From: Candidatus Omnitrophota bacterium
Lineage (GTDB): Bacteria; Omnitrophota; Gorgyraeia; B26-G9
Assembly (NCBI GenBank): GCA_043814605.1
Contig: JBDRJV010000022.1
Coordinates: forward strand, 85,305 to 149,304
DNA length: 64,000 bases
Reading direction: 5' to 3'
A model generated the notes under the pieces. That model did no database searches, was not told the origin of the DNA, and worked only from the letters and a program-made list of their open reading frames with translations. Every line of letters begins with the position of its first letter. Within the stretch, counting starts at the first letter, position 1. This document shows, in pieces, positions 9,751-19,544 of this stretch. Position numbers and translations under genes: made by a program.

Positions 9751-11500
9751 GCTCCTTTAACACCTTAATCTGCATATTGGCCTGAAGTTCTTTGCGCGAT
9801 AATAGCGGTTCTTGGTCTTCTACCGGTTTATCCACAGACAATTTAGGAAAAACTTTAGTCCCAGGGTTTATCTTCACTTCTAAAAATGCAGGTTTATTGT
9901 CTTTAAATAAACTTTTAAGTTTTTGCGTGATCTGTTTTCTAAAATTTAATTTATATGGTTTAATTTTGAATGAAGCAACCACCTTCTGAAAATCCGGAGC
10001 ATTATAGCCAACAACTGTTGATTGAAAACGGGATCTGAAATATTGTTCTTGAAATTGACGAACCATACCATAACATGAATTATTCAGCATAATTATTTTA
10101 ATCGGCAGCTGATAAAAATAAACAGTCTGTAATTCCTGTAAATTTAATTGAAAACCTCCATCTCCTGTTATAACCACCGCCACTGCCCTATTTTTTGCAA
10201 AACAAGCACCAATAGCAAAAGCAAGCGCTGACCCCATTGCTCCCATTCCTCCTTGAGTCAAAAATCTCTGTTGCCTTTTTAATCCCAACGATTGTGCCGT
10301 CCACATTTGATGTTGTCCTACATCCACACATACGATACTATCCGGTGGTATATATTTTGATGCAGCTTGTAAAAACAAGTTGGGATCAATATCAGTTTTA
10401 GAAATTTTTTGCATCAAGGGATATTCAGTTTTAAATTTTTTTATGGTTTCATGCCATGGTTTTAGTTTCTTCTTATTATAATTTTTCGTTTTTTTATTGA
10501 TCAGTTTCAAGAAAAATTTTATATCGCAATTGATTAAGATCTCTGCTTTCACTTTACTATTTAATTCCGCAGGATCAACATCTACGTGTACAATTTTTGC
10601 TCCTCGAGCAAAAGTCTCCGGCCGGGTTCCAGTTTGCCTTGTATCTAACCTTGTTCCTAAGGCTAAAATTAAGTCCGCATTAGCAATAGATAAGTTAGCA
10701 TAACGCAACCCATAAGTTCCCATCATTCCGATAAATTGTTTATTATCATTAGCAAAAGAATCTTTACCTATTAAAGTGGAAACTACAGGAATTGCAGTCT
10801 TATTTATGAACGTATAAAGTTCTTCTGAGGCTTTCGATAGCCTAAGACCTCCACCAACAAGAACTAAAGGCCGGGAAGAATTATGAATTAAATCTACAAC
10901 TTTTTTTAATACATTATTTTTTACCTTAAAAGATGATTTATTAAAACTATTTTTTTTAAACGTTTTTAATTTACGGGGATTAATGTTTGCTCGTTGAACA
11001 TTCATAGGAATATCCAATAAAACAGGCCCCGGCCTGCCTGATTTAGCAATATAAATCAGCCTTTCTAATTGATATCTTATTTCTTTTGGGTCTTCTATCA
11101 GCACACTAGTTTTGACAATCGGTTTTACCATACTTACAATATCTGTTTCCTGAAAACCCAATTGTCTTATTGGCTTTTTAAATTTAAACTCGTAAGTATT
11201 TACCTGCCCAGTAATAAACAGGCATGGTATTGAATCAAAAAAACAGCTACCAATACCTGTAATTAAATTTGTTGCTCCAGGACCGCTTGTAGCCATAGCC
11301 ACACCAATATTTCCATTGGTACGTGAATAACCTTCTGCTGCAAATGCTGCTGTCTGCTCATGGTGCATGGGAATAACTTTAATATCATTCCTTCCATAGA
11401 GAGAATCAAGTAAATGAGTAATTGCACCACCGCATATTTCAAATATATGCCCAACCCTCTGTTGAACTAAAAAACTTATAACATAGTCTGATAACTTCAT
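9734..11500 (-). CDS. Thiamine-diphosphate-dependent enzyme of the acetolactate synthase large-subunit family; candidate YerE-like branched-sugar synthase
   Basis: 588 aa, N-terminal ThDP Pyr domain (GPGATNLITGI), central domain and C-terminal PP domain GGMGAMGSALAFAIGA...ITGDGGFQ; embedded between rfbG/reductase and rfbH. Confidence 0.8.
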   Translation of the reverse strand: MKLSDYVISFLVQQRVGHIFEICGGAITHLLDSLYGRNDIKVIPMHHEQTAAFAAEGYSRTNGNIGVAMATSGPGATNLITGIGSCFFDSIPCLFITGQVNTYEFKFKKPIRQLGFQETDIVSMVKPIVKTSVLIEDPKEIRYQLERLIYIAKSGRPGPVLLDIPMNVQRANINPRKLKTFKKNSFNKSSFKVKNNVLKKVVDLIHNSSRPLVLVGGGLRLSKASEELYTFINKTAIPVVSTLIGKDSFANDNKQFIGMMGTYGLRYANLSIANADLILALGTRLDTRQTGTRPETFARGAKIVHVDVDPAELNSKVKAEILINCDIKFFLKLINKKTKNYNKKKLKPWHETIKKFKTEYPLMQKISKTDIDPNLFLQAASKYIPPDSIVCVDVGQHQMWTAQSLGLKRQQRFLTQGGMGAMGSALAFAIGACFAKNRAVAVVITGDGGFQLNLQELQTVYFYQLPIKIIMLNNSCYGMVRQFQEQYFRSRFQSTVVGYNAPDFQKVVASFKIKPYKLNFRKQITQKLKSLFKDNKPAFLEVKINPGTKVFPKLSVDKPVEDQEPLLSRKELQANMQIKVLKERESEF

Positions 11501-12486
11501 GATTTAGTTTTATTCTCAATTACTGCCTGATTATACAAATACGCGTTTGATTTAAACCAATCAATAGTTTTTTCTATCCCCTGCTCTAAACTATATTTAG
11601 GTTTCCATCCTAAGAGCCTGTGGGCTTTAGAAATATCTGACTGCCAAACTTCTGGCTCAAGACGCGAGTTAGGAGTTTGCCCCCATTTAGCATTAACCTT
11701 ACACTTACTAACTGCGATAATTTTATCTACCACTCCCCCGATAGAATACTCTTTGCCTGATCCAATATTAAATATCTCGCCTTTAATCTTCTCCTTATTT
11801 TCTGCAACTTTCACATAAGCGTCTATTACATCTTCAATAAATATAAAATCTCTGACATATTTCGGTGTGGAAACTTTCGGATTATCACCTTTTAAACAAG
11901 AAAGTATAACCGAAGGAATTAAACGAGTATTATCATCATAATAGCCAAAGGGGGAAAACAATCTCAGTGTTACTATTGGCTTATTTTCTCTTCGGTTAAG
12001 CGCTTGAGCATATAAAGTCGCTGCTGATTTAGAGACAGCATAATCAGTTGCTGGCTCTAACAGATTATCTTCACTCATCGGAAGAGATTTTATTCCATAC
12101 TCTGATGAAGAACCAGTATTTACAAAAAGTTCATAATCTATCTGGCTGCAAGCTTGCAATAAGTTCACGGTTCCTAAAAAATTAGTTTGCATAATCCTAT
12201 TAACATCTTTTTGAAAAATATGCCCTCCGTAAATAGCAGCATGAAAAATTATATGTGGTTTAAAACTAGTAATAGCCTTATTTAATTGCTCTTTATTACG
12301 TAAATCAGCGGTAAATATCGAAATTTTACCTAAAATATCATTAATCCTCCATAGATCATCACCTTCAGGAAAAATTACGCCAACTTCGATGCTTTCTTTG
12401 AGAAAATAACGAGTAATATTTGAGCCAATAAATCCGGTAGCACCTGTGATTAAAATTTTCTTGTTCTTTATTTTACTTTTATCCAT
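11497..12486 (-). CDS. NAD(P)-dependent sugar epimerase/reductase (SDR; CDP-sugar 4-reductase-like)
   Basis: ILITGATGFIGSNI Rossmann motif, 329 aa, 4-bp overlap with upstream ThDP gene. Confidence 0.75.
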   Translation of the reverse strand: MDKSKIKNKKILITGATGFIGSNITRYFLKESIEVGVIFPEGDDLWRINDILGKISIFTADLRNKEQLNKAITSFKPHIIFHAAIYGGHIFQKDVNRIMQTNFLGTVNLLQACSQIDYELFVNTGSSSEYGIKSLPMSEDNLLEPATDYAVSKSAATLYAQALNRRENKPIVTLRLFSPFGYYDDNTRLIPSVILSCLKGDNPKVSTPKYVRDFIFIEDVIDAYVKVAENKEKIKGEIFNIGSGKEYSIGGVVDKIIAVSKCKVNAKWGQTPNSRLEPEVWQSDISKAHRLLGWKPKYSLEQGIEKTIDWFKSNAYLYNQAVIENKTKS

Positions 12487-12524
12487 AAATTTTAATCCCC
12501 ACCGTGATACTAGCTGGTATACAT

Positions 12525-13511
12525 CTATAAAACATTGCTATACCAATCTATTGCCTTCTTTAATCCATCTCTTAAGGAATATTGAGGCTTCCATCCCAAC
12601 ATTTTCTTTGCTTTTTTCGAGGTTAAATACTGATGTTTTATTTCATATTTTACTTGATTAAGAATTTTATAATCCGGATTTTTACCAGCAATTTTATAAA
12701 TTAAATTTACTAATTTTAAAACATTAATTGGATTTTCATCGCTAAAATTAAACGCCTCTCCTGCCAGATTTAATTTCTGCAGCTTTTCAGCCAGAATTAT
12801 ATACCCATTCACAATATCATCGACATACACGTAATCCCTAGTAAATTTTCCGTCGCTGCGAATTAATAATTTTTCCCCGGTCAAAACACAACGTATTGAA
12901 TCCGGCACAATACGGGAAAAGTTAGTATCTCCAGGCCCATAAATATTACCACAACGGGTTACACAAACCGGCACATTGTAGGTATGAAAATAAGTATAGG
13001 CAAGTAAATCCGCACAACTCTTAGAAACATCGTAAGGATGATCCCCTTTTAACGCCGCTGTTTCCTGATAAGGGAGAACTTCATGGCTACCATAGGCCTT
13101 GTCACTTGAGGCCATAATAATAGCCTCTACTGCTTTTAATATCCTGGCAACCTCTAATATATTCCAAGTACCTCTGATATTAGATTCAAATGTTTTTATC
13201 GGATTTCTATTCGCACGAGCAACAATAGCTTCCGCCGCTAAATGGAATATTGTCTGAGGCTTATATTTATTAACAATTTTTTTAACTAGTTTAAAATCGG
13301 CAACATCTCCTTTTATTGAAATAATATTTTTGCGTAAATCTTTTAAAATAGATATTCGCTTGTTTTTAACTATATCCAAACCAACAATTCGAGCCCCATA
13401 GCCAATTAATGTTTTTGTCAAACCAGACCCTAAAAACCCTTCATGCCCGGTTATCAATACCCTTTTATTTTTCCAGAATTTTTTATTCATGGCTATTCCC
13501 ATATCATCCAC
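12525..13511 (-). CDS. rfbG: CDP-glucose 4,6-dehydratase (true start probably the internal MNKKFW... at about 13490)
   Basis: FWKNKRVLITGHEGFLGSGL matches RfbG N-terminus FWQGKRVFVTGHTGFKGSWL; SDR fold. Confidence 0.8.
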   Translation of the reverse strand: MDDMGIAMNKKFWKNKRVLITGHEGFLGSGLTKTLIGYGARIVGLDIVKNKRISILKDLRKNIISIKGDVADFKLVKKIVNKYKPQTIFHLAAEAIVARANRNPIKTFESNIRGTWNILEVARILKAVEAIIMASSDKAYGSHEVLPYQETAALKGDHPYDVSKSCADLLAYTYFHTYNVPVCVTRCGNIYGPGDTNFSRIVPDSIRCVLTGEKLLIRSDGKFTRDYVYVDDIVNGYIILAEKLQKLNLAGEAFNFSDENPINVLKLVNLIYKIAGKNPDYKILNQVKYEIKHQYLTSKKAKKMLGWKPQYSLRDGLKKAIDWYSNVL

Positions 13512-14266
13512 GAAGCTTTCCCTTTCTCCACCAACTTTTCAAGCTCAACTTTATCACGCAAGGTATCCATACACTTCCAAAAACCATTGTGTTTATAGAC
13601 TCCCAGCTGATTATCTGCAGCTAATTTACGCAATGGGTCTCTCTCCCATATTGTCGCATCGCCTTTCTTAATATATTTAAAGATTTCCGGCTCCAACACA
13701 AAAAAACCGGCATTAATTCGGTTACCTTCACCTGTTGGTTTCTCCAGGAAAGACTTAACTGAATCCTTTTGAATATCCAAAACCCCAAATCTTCCTGCAG
13801 TCAGAACACCGGTTAACGTTGCCAGTTTCTTATTTCTCTTATGTGTCTTAATCAACTTATTAATATCGATATCTGCTACTCCGTCCCCATATGTCAACAT
13901 AAATGGTTCTTTACCGATATATTGCTGGATTTTTTTAATCCTTCCTCCGGTCATCGTATTAATACCTGTTTCAACCAAAGTAACTTTCCATGGCTCCGAA
14001 GCACTGCTCTGAATATCCATCTTATTATCCACCATATTGATAGTCACATCACTCATATGAAGCACATAATGTGAAAAATATTCTTTGATCACATAGCCAC
14101 GATATCCCAGGCAAATAATAAAATCATGAAATCCATAGTAAGAAAAAATTTTCATGATATGCCAAAGTATTGGTTTGCCTCCGATTTCAATCATCGGCTT
14201 TGGAATTGTATTTGTCGCCTCACTTATACGTGTTCCCATGCCTCCGCATAAAATTACTACTTTCAT
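13493..14266 (-). CDS. rfbF: Glucose-1-phosphate cytidylyltransferase
   Basis: MKVVILCGGMGTRISEATNTIPKPMIEIGGKPILWHIMKIFSYYGFHDFIICLGYRGYVIKEYF is near-identical in pattern to RfbF/DdhA. Confidence 0.93.
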   Translation of the reverse strand: MKVVILCGGMGTRISEATNTIPKPMIEIGGKPILWHIMKIFSYYGFHDFIICLGYRGYVIKEYFSHYVLHMSDVTINMVDNKMDIQSSASEPWKVTLVETGINTMTGGRIKKIQQYIGKEPFMLTYGDGVADIDINKLIKTHKRNKKLATLTGVLTAGRFGVLDIQKDSVKSFLEKPTGEGNRINAGFFVLEPEIFKYIKKGDATIWERDPLRKLAADNQLGVYKHNGFWKCMDTLRDKVELEKLVEKGKASWMIWE

Positions 14267-14290
14267 AATATAATTCCTTCTAATTTTGGT

Positions 14291-15277
14291 TTACCTGCCC
14301 AAGAAAATACCCTTAATAAAATTTCTTCCCTTTGCAGTGGTAATAATCATGCTCAAATATACAAAAAACTGCAGAAAACTAACCACTGAATGATAAAGCC
14401 AGTAACCATTTTTATCCTTAATCGCTAAATAAATACTATGTGATAAAGAAAAAACCGGCAACAGGCTATAAACTCCCCACAGCACCAATCTGCTTTTAAA
14501 ATTCCCGGAAAATGCCCAATTCATGTTTCTTGTGCTTTGCTGATCAAGTAAATGACTGACAAAATTTCTTCTCCATTTTTTAACCCAATCGCCTATTTTT
14601 GCAACATGATGATGATAAACAAACGGTTCATCAAAATAAGCTACTTTATTATCGCCATTTTCAACCATATATTGAAAAGCATCATTGTCACCCAAGTACC
14701 CTTCTTGATCCCAAATCTGCCTGATTTTCTGGGTTCTATAAGTCAATCCATTAGCACCCCAAACCAGCGGCTTTACGGGATCAACATTAAATATCACACA
14801 ATTCCGGTTATATCTGCGTGCATTATTTTTATAAAGTAAAATATTCTTATTCAAAAACCAGTTCAACGGATCACTCTGGATAAGTTCAAAATATTTATTA
14901 AGCGATGAATCGTCTTTACCTGAAACAAGCTTACCCCACAGAGCATTTACATCTTCTTCCTTATCAAAAACTTCTGTTACTGTTTTTATCCAGAAATTTC
15001 CCACGAGCTCATTATCCGCTGCAAAGATAACTGATAAATTACCCCTTGCATTCCTGATGCCCAGCTGTACTCCATATTCAGCTAACTTTTTTTCATTTTT
15101 AAAAACTAAACAGTTATATTTTTTTGCAATTTCCAATGTATTATCTACAGATCCGCCATCAAGAATAAGTACTTCAACTTTATCCTGAGGATATTCCTGC
15201 GCCCTTATACTCTTAAGACATTTTTCAATATAAAAACCTGCATTATAAGTAGGAATAATAAAACTTACAGTTAACAT
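14291..15277 (-). CDS. Family 2 glycosyltransferase
   Basis: LTVSFIIPTYNAGFYIEKCLKSIRAQEY...VLILDGGSVDNT. Confidence 0.75.
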   Translation of the reverse strand: MLTVSFIIPTYNAGFYIEKCLKSIRAQEYPQDKVEVLILDGGSVDNTLEIAKKYNCLVFKNEKKLAEYGVQLGIRNARGNLSVIFAADNELVGNFWIKTVTEVFDKEEDVNALWGKLVSGKDDSSLNKYFELIQSDPLNWFLNKNILLYKNNARRYNRNCVIFNVDPVKPLVWGANGLTYRTQKIRQIWDQEGYLGDNDAFQYMVENGDNKVAYFDEPFVYHHHVAKIGDWVKKWRRNFVSHLLDQQSTRNMNWAFSGNFKSRLVLWGVYSLLPVFSLSHSIYLAIKDKNGYWLYHSVVSFLQFFVYLSMIITTAKGRNFIKGIFLGR

Positions 15278-15308
15278 ATATTTAATGTCAATTTATTTTT
15301 AATTTAAA

Positions 15309-15782
15309 TTATTTCTTAATAAAAGGTTTTGCTGGAATCCCTGCCACAGTTGCATTATCCGGAACATCTTTTGTTACTACAGCACCCGCCCCTATAAATG
15401 CGCCTTTTCCAATAGTTACACCGCCCATTATAACTGCTGCGCTTCCAATATTTGCACCCTTCTTAACCAACACCGGTTCAAGCTGCCAAGTCTTTTCCAG
15501 AGTCTTTTTCATTGTCGGGTTTTTATCATTTATAAAAATAACTCCATGGCCGATAAAAACCTCATCTTCGATTGTTACCCCATCGCATATAAAAGTATGT
15601 GACTGAACTCGACATTTTTTTCCTATTTTTGCCCCTTTTTGGATTTCTACAAAAGTACCGACAAGAGTCTCATCTCCAATTTCACATTCATACAAGTTAA
15701 CAAAATCAAAAATTTTAACATTTTTGCCAACACGCACATTACGAATACTTTTCTTTTCTGTATCAATATTTAGTATCTTCAT
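15309..15782 (-). CDS. Hexapeptide-repeat (left-handed beta-helix) sugar N-acetyltransferase, WbpD/PglD-like
   Basis: Repeated [LIV]GxxxxI hexapeptides (IGKKCRVQSHTFI, IGHGVIFI, IGSAAVIMGGVTIGKGAFIGAGAVV). Confidence 0.8.
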   Translation of the reverse strand: MKILNIDTEKKSIRNVRVGKNVKIFDFVNLYECEIGDETLVGTFVEIQKGAKIGKKCRVQSHTFICDGVTIEDEVFIGHGVIFINDKNPTMKKTLEKTWQLEPVLVKKGANIGSAAVIMGGVTIGKGAFIGAGAVVTKDVPDNATVAGIPAKPFIKK

Positions 15783-15798
15783 ATTAATTCAAAAATTT

Positions 15799-16818
15799 TT
15801 AAATTTTAATTACCTCAGAGCCGTGCTCCAGTGATTCCTGTATTGCCGCAAGTATTTTAACAACCTCTAAACCATTTTTCCCATCAGTAATCGGTTTTTT
15901 ATTATTATTCACACACTCTATAAAATGAGAGAACTCTTCCTTTAGCGGCTCCCTATTTGCTATCGAAGGAATAAAGATATCCCCTGAATGTAATGATATT
16001 TGGTATTCCCCAAAGCTAACATCCTGAGTATCTTTGATAATATTAGCATTCTTATTAAAAATCTTTATTTTTTCAGATTGGTTAACATCATCAAAAAGAA
16101 TCATCTTTTTATCTCCAACAATAGCAATATCTCTAATTTTTACAGGATCAATCCAGCTTAGAATCACATTAACCATGACATTATTGGGAAACTTAATACT
16201 GGCTGAGACAACATCATGTATTTCTTTTTGTAAATAGCTCTGTCCTGAACTAACAACCGATACCGGTAAACTCCCAATAAAATACAGCGCCATCGATATA
16301 TCATGTGGAGCTAAATCCCAGAGTACATTTACGTCTTTTCTAATAGGCCCCAAATTCCTCCTCTGAAAATGCAGATGCCTTAATTGACCAACCTCTCCGT
16401 TATCAATAAGTTCCTTGATATATCTTACTGCTGGATTAAAGAGAAAAACATGCCCGACCATTAATACAACGTTATTTTTCTTGGCTAATTGAATTAGCTC
16501 TTTTGCCTCTTCCACTTCATAAGTCAATGGTTTTTCTAAAAAAACATGTTTTTTCGCTTGCAAGCATTCTTTAGCTATTTTATAATGAGTTTTTGTCGGA
16601 GTAACAATTACCACAGCGTTTACTTCTTTATCTTCTAATATCTGCTGATAATCATATATTGTAATCACCGAGGAATATTTAGATTTAACTCTGTTTAAAG
16701 ATTTTTCACTTATATCTGCACAGTATTTTAAGCTGCATTCATCCGATTCAGTTATAATTCTTGCAAAATTCGGCCCCCAATATCCATAACCAATTAATCC
16801 AATTTTCATTTTAGCCAT
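15799..16818 (-). CDS. Gfo/Idh/MocA family NAD-dependent oxidoreductase (WbpB-like UDP-sugar 3-dehydrogenase)
   Basis: MKIGLIGYGYWGPNFARII N-terminal Rossmann motif, 339 aa. Confidence 0.85.
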   Translation of the reverse strand: MAKMKIGLIGYGYWGPNFARIITESDECSLKYCADISEKSLNRVKSKYSSVITIYDYQQILEDKEVNAVVIVTPTKTHYKIAKECLQAKKHVFLEKPLTYEVEEAKELIQLAKKNNVVLMVGHVFLFNPAVRYIKELIDNGEVGQLRHLHFQRRNLGPIRKDVNVLWDLAPHDISMALYFIGSLPVSVVSSGQSYLQKEIHDVVSASIKFPNNVMVNVILSWIDPVKIRDIAIVGDKKMILFDDVNQSEKIKIFNKNANIIKDTQDVSFGEYQISLHSGDIFIPSIANREPLKEEFSHFIECVNNNKKPITDGKNGLEVVKILAAIQESLEHGSEVIKI

Positions 16819-16833
16819 AGCAATATCCTTTAT

Positions 16834-17982
16834 TTAAATAGTATTATAAAATTTCTTCAAAACACTAACAACCTTGTCTATTTGGACCTCAGTAAGTTCA
16901 GGAAACATTGGCAATGATAGAATTTCTTTGGAAACCTGCTCTGTTATCGGAAAAGTATCTCCTCTTAACCCTAAATCCTTATATGCTTTCAAAGCATATA
17001 TTGGAATAGGATAATGTATCCCGCACTGCACATTATTCTCCTGTAAATACCTTAGAAGCTCATCCCTTTTTTTCGTGCGGATAACATAAAGATGGAAAAC
17101 ATGCGATTCTACTGCTTCTAAGTCCGGAACTACAATATCGCCGATTCCTTTTAGTTTTTTATTATAGAGCTTGGCATTGGCAAACCGCTGATCACCCCAT
17201 TGTTTTAAATATTTTAATTTTACGCCTAATATTGCGGCCTGAACTGTATCTAAACGGCTATTAAATCCAATAAAATCGTGATAATATTTTTTCGGTGAGC
17301 CGTAATTACGCATCATTCTTAATTTATTGTAAAGAGTTTCATCTGGAGTCGTAATCGCCCCGCCATCACCGTAGGCTCCGAGATTTTTCCCGGGGTAAAA
17401 AGAAAAACAACCCATGATACCAAATGATCCTGTCTTTTTTCCTTTCCAGGTTGCTCCGTGAGACTGGCAGGCATCCTCAACAATCTTTAAATTATGTTTA
17501 TTTGCTATAGCTTGCAGTTTATCCATATCCACCGGACGTCCATATAAATGCACAGGGATAATCGCTTTAGTTCGAGGACTAATCTTTTCCTCTATCTTTT
17601 CTATATCCATATTATATGTCTTAGGATCAATATCAACCAGAACTGGTTTAGCCCCAGAGTATGAAATCCCGAGAACAGTTGCAATAAATGTATTTGCTAC
17701 AGTAATAACCTCATCGTCTTCTTTGATATCTAAAGCTTTTAACGCTAAATGTAATGCATCAGTACCTGAAGCAACTCCGACACAATATTTGCTATCACAA
17801 AATTCAGCAAATTTTTCCTCGAATTTTGCCACAGGCTCACCCAAGATAAAATTTGTCTGTTCAAAAACCTTATTTACTTCACGTTGAACTTCATCCTTAA
17901 TCGATTCATACTGAATCTTTAAGTTTACAAACGGAATCATTTTCTCCCTCCTAAAAAAAGCCGTGATTAAACTGCTACACAA
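16834..17982 (-). CDS. DegT/DnrJ/EryC1/StrS family sugar aminotransferase (WbpE-like); real start probably the internal MIPFVNLK about 14 codons in
   Basis: IPFVNL..QY...gene N-terminus, GTDALHLALKAL, SFYPGKNLGAYGDGGA PLP-lysine region. Confidence 0.88.
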   Translation of the reverse strand: MCSSLITAFFRREKMIPFVNLKIQYESIKDEVQREVNKVFEQTNFILGEPVAKFEEKFAEFCDSKYCVGVASGTDALHLALKALDIKEDDEVITVANTFIATVLGISYSGAKPVLVDIDPKTYNMDIEKIEEKISPRTKAIIPVHLYGRPVDMDKLQAIANKHNLKIVEDACQSHGATWKGKKTGSFGIMGCFSFYPGKNLGAYGDGGAITTPDETLYNKLRMMRNYGSPKKYYHDFIGFNSRLDTVQAAILGVKLKYLKQWGDQRFANAKLYNKKLKGIGDIVVPDLEAVESHVFHLYVIRTKKRDELLRYLQENNVQCGIHYPIPIYALKAYKDLGLRGDTFPITEQVSKEILSLPMFPELTEVQIDKVVSVLKKFYNTI

Positions 17983-18040
17983 ATATTATAATATTTATCG
18001 TTTCTCTAAAATAAAACATCTTGATTATAACATAGAGCTA

Positions 18041-19543
18041 TTATAATGAACAGTTATCGCATTTATGCTTTTTATTAAAATCAAAAATATGCCCCATTAC
18101 TTTAAAAAATGCTCGTGTAAAATATTTCATATCGTCAAGTTCTCTAATACTTAAAACTTTACGCATAATAAATTCCGGAGAAAAACTTATTGAATAAAGA
18201 CTTCGCACTAATTTCATTAAAATTTCCTGCGGAAACGGGATTTTCATCACCGGATTTTTCATGTCATAATAAGTCCAATCTAAGCTATACAGTAAATCTT
18301 TTTCCCGGCATTCATTAAATAAAGGAGTTCCCGGATATGGGATTACAATCGTTGATTGCATTGTATAAGCATAATCTTTTTTTAGTAACCATTTGCCTAA
18401 TTCTAAGGTATTTTGGGTATCTTCAAAACTTTCCCAAGGATAGCCAAACATAATTGTAATATGCGGATATAACCCGGCACTGCGCGCATTACGGCAGGAT
18501 TCAATTATGGTTTCTTTCCTAAGATTCTTTTTGATTTTATCTAATGTTTTCTGATTAGCTGATTCAATACCAAAAAGTAAAAAACGAAACCCGGCTTTAT
18601 GCATTAGTTTGTATTCTTCCAGACTTAAAGCGCCAAAACGCATATTGCAATCAAGTGTAACTTTCTTATTCAATCCGCGTTTAATCATGCCTGAGCAAAA
18701 TTCTCTCAACCACTCTCCTACAGGAAAACTACCGGAATCATCCATGATTTCTTTTACTTTTAACTCATTAACTAAATATTCAATTTCATCCAAGACATTA
18801 GCCGGTTTTCTACTTCTAAATTCAGGATATAAAACTGGCCAGGCGCAAAACGTGCATTTTCCCCACCAGCAATCTCTAGCACTCATAATATAAGTTCCCG
18901 GAGTCCTTCTAAAATTACCATTTTTATAAGCATATAACTTCCACTGTGTAAGTTTCCGGTCAATAAAAGGAAGTGTGTTTAAATCATGATTTAATTTAAA
19001 TTTTCCGGTATTTTTAATGTTTCCATTTTCTCTGTACCAGATTCCCGGCTCTAAATCAGCGGATAGCGAATAGCGATTAGCGGATAGTTTTAAGCTCTGG
19101 CAAAGGTTTAAAAGAAGAAAATCATAGTCCCCTCCGGTGAGCACAAAATCAACCAAAGAGTTGTCCATAGATTCTTCCGGTAAAGCGGTAACATGATCGC
19201 CGTATAAGACAACTAACGGCTGATAGCTCATAGCTGATTGCTGTTTAATATCATTGATTATTTTCCAGTGTTCCCTAACTACTGGAGTCTTTGTTTCGAT
19301 TGCAATCAGATCAGGTTTTTCTTTTTTTACAAAATTAAAAAACTTTTGATGACCCCATTCCATAGCAATGCAATCGTTCCAAATTACATTAAACCCCTCT
19401 CTTTTTAATAAAGACGCTGCTTGCGCCGGAACAACAGGATAGATATATGTAGGATCTTTAAAATACTGAAACTGCCTATTTTGAGAGAGTAAAGGTACCC
19501 CTTTGGTTTTGTCTAATGGAGGATAAGCTATCATTATTTTCAA
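18041..19543 (-). CDS. B12-binding domain radical SAM protein (second copy in the locus; cluster motif spaced CX4CX2C)
   Basis: N-terminal B12-binding-like domain, CWWGKCTFC Cys triad, 500 aa; contains an in-frame heptamer array at 19058-19087. Confidence 0.72.
   Translation of the reverse strand: MKIMIAYPPLDKTKGVPLLSQNRQFQYFKDPTYIYPVVPAQAASLLKREGFNVIWNDCIAMEWGHQKFFNFVKKEKPDLIAIETKTPVVREHWKIINDIKQQSAMSYQPLVVLYGDHVTALPEESMDNSLVDFVLTGGDYDFLLLNLCQSLKLSANRYSLSADLEPGIWYRENGNIKNTGKFKLNHDLNTLPFIDRKLTQWKLYAYKNGNFRRTPGTYIMSARDCWWGKCTFCAWPVLYPEFRSRKPANVLDEIEYLVNELKVKEIMDDSGSFPVGEWLREFCSGMIKRGLNKKVTLDCNMRFGALSLEEYKLMHKAGFRFLLFGIESANQKTLDKIKKNLRKETIIESCRNARSAGLYPHITIMFGYPWESFEDTQNTLELGKWLLKKDYAYTMQSTIVIPYPGTPLFNECREKDLLYSLDWTYYDMKNPVMKIPFPQEILMKLVRSLYSISFSPEFIMRKVLSIRELDDMKYFTRAFFKVMGHIFDFNKKHKCDNCSL
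19058..19087. repeat. Heptamer tandem array (AGCGGAT AGCGAAT AGCGATT AGCGGAT AG) inside the radical SAM ORF
   Basis: Read directly; 4.3 units of a degenerate 7-mer; GC-enriched versus flanks. Confidence 0.8.
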
Positions 19544-19544
19544 A

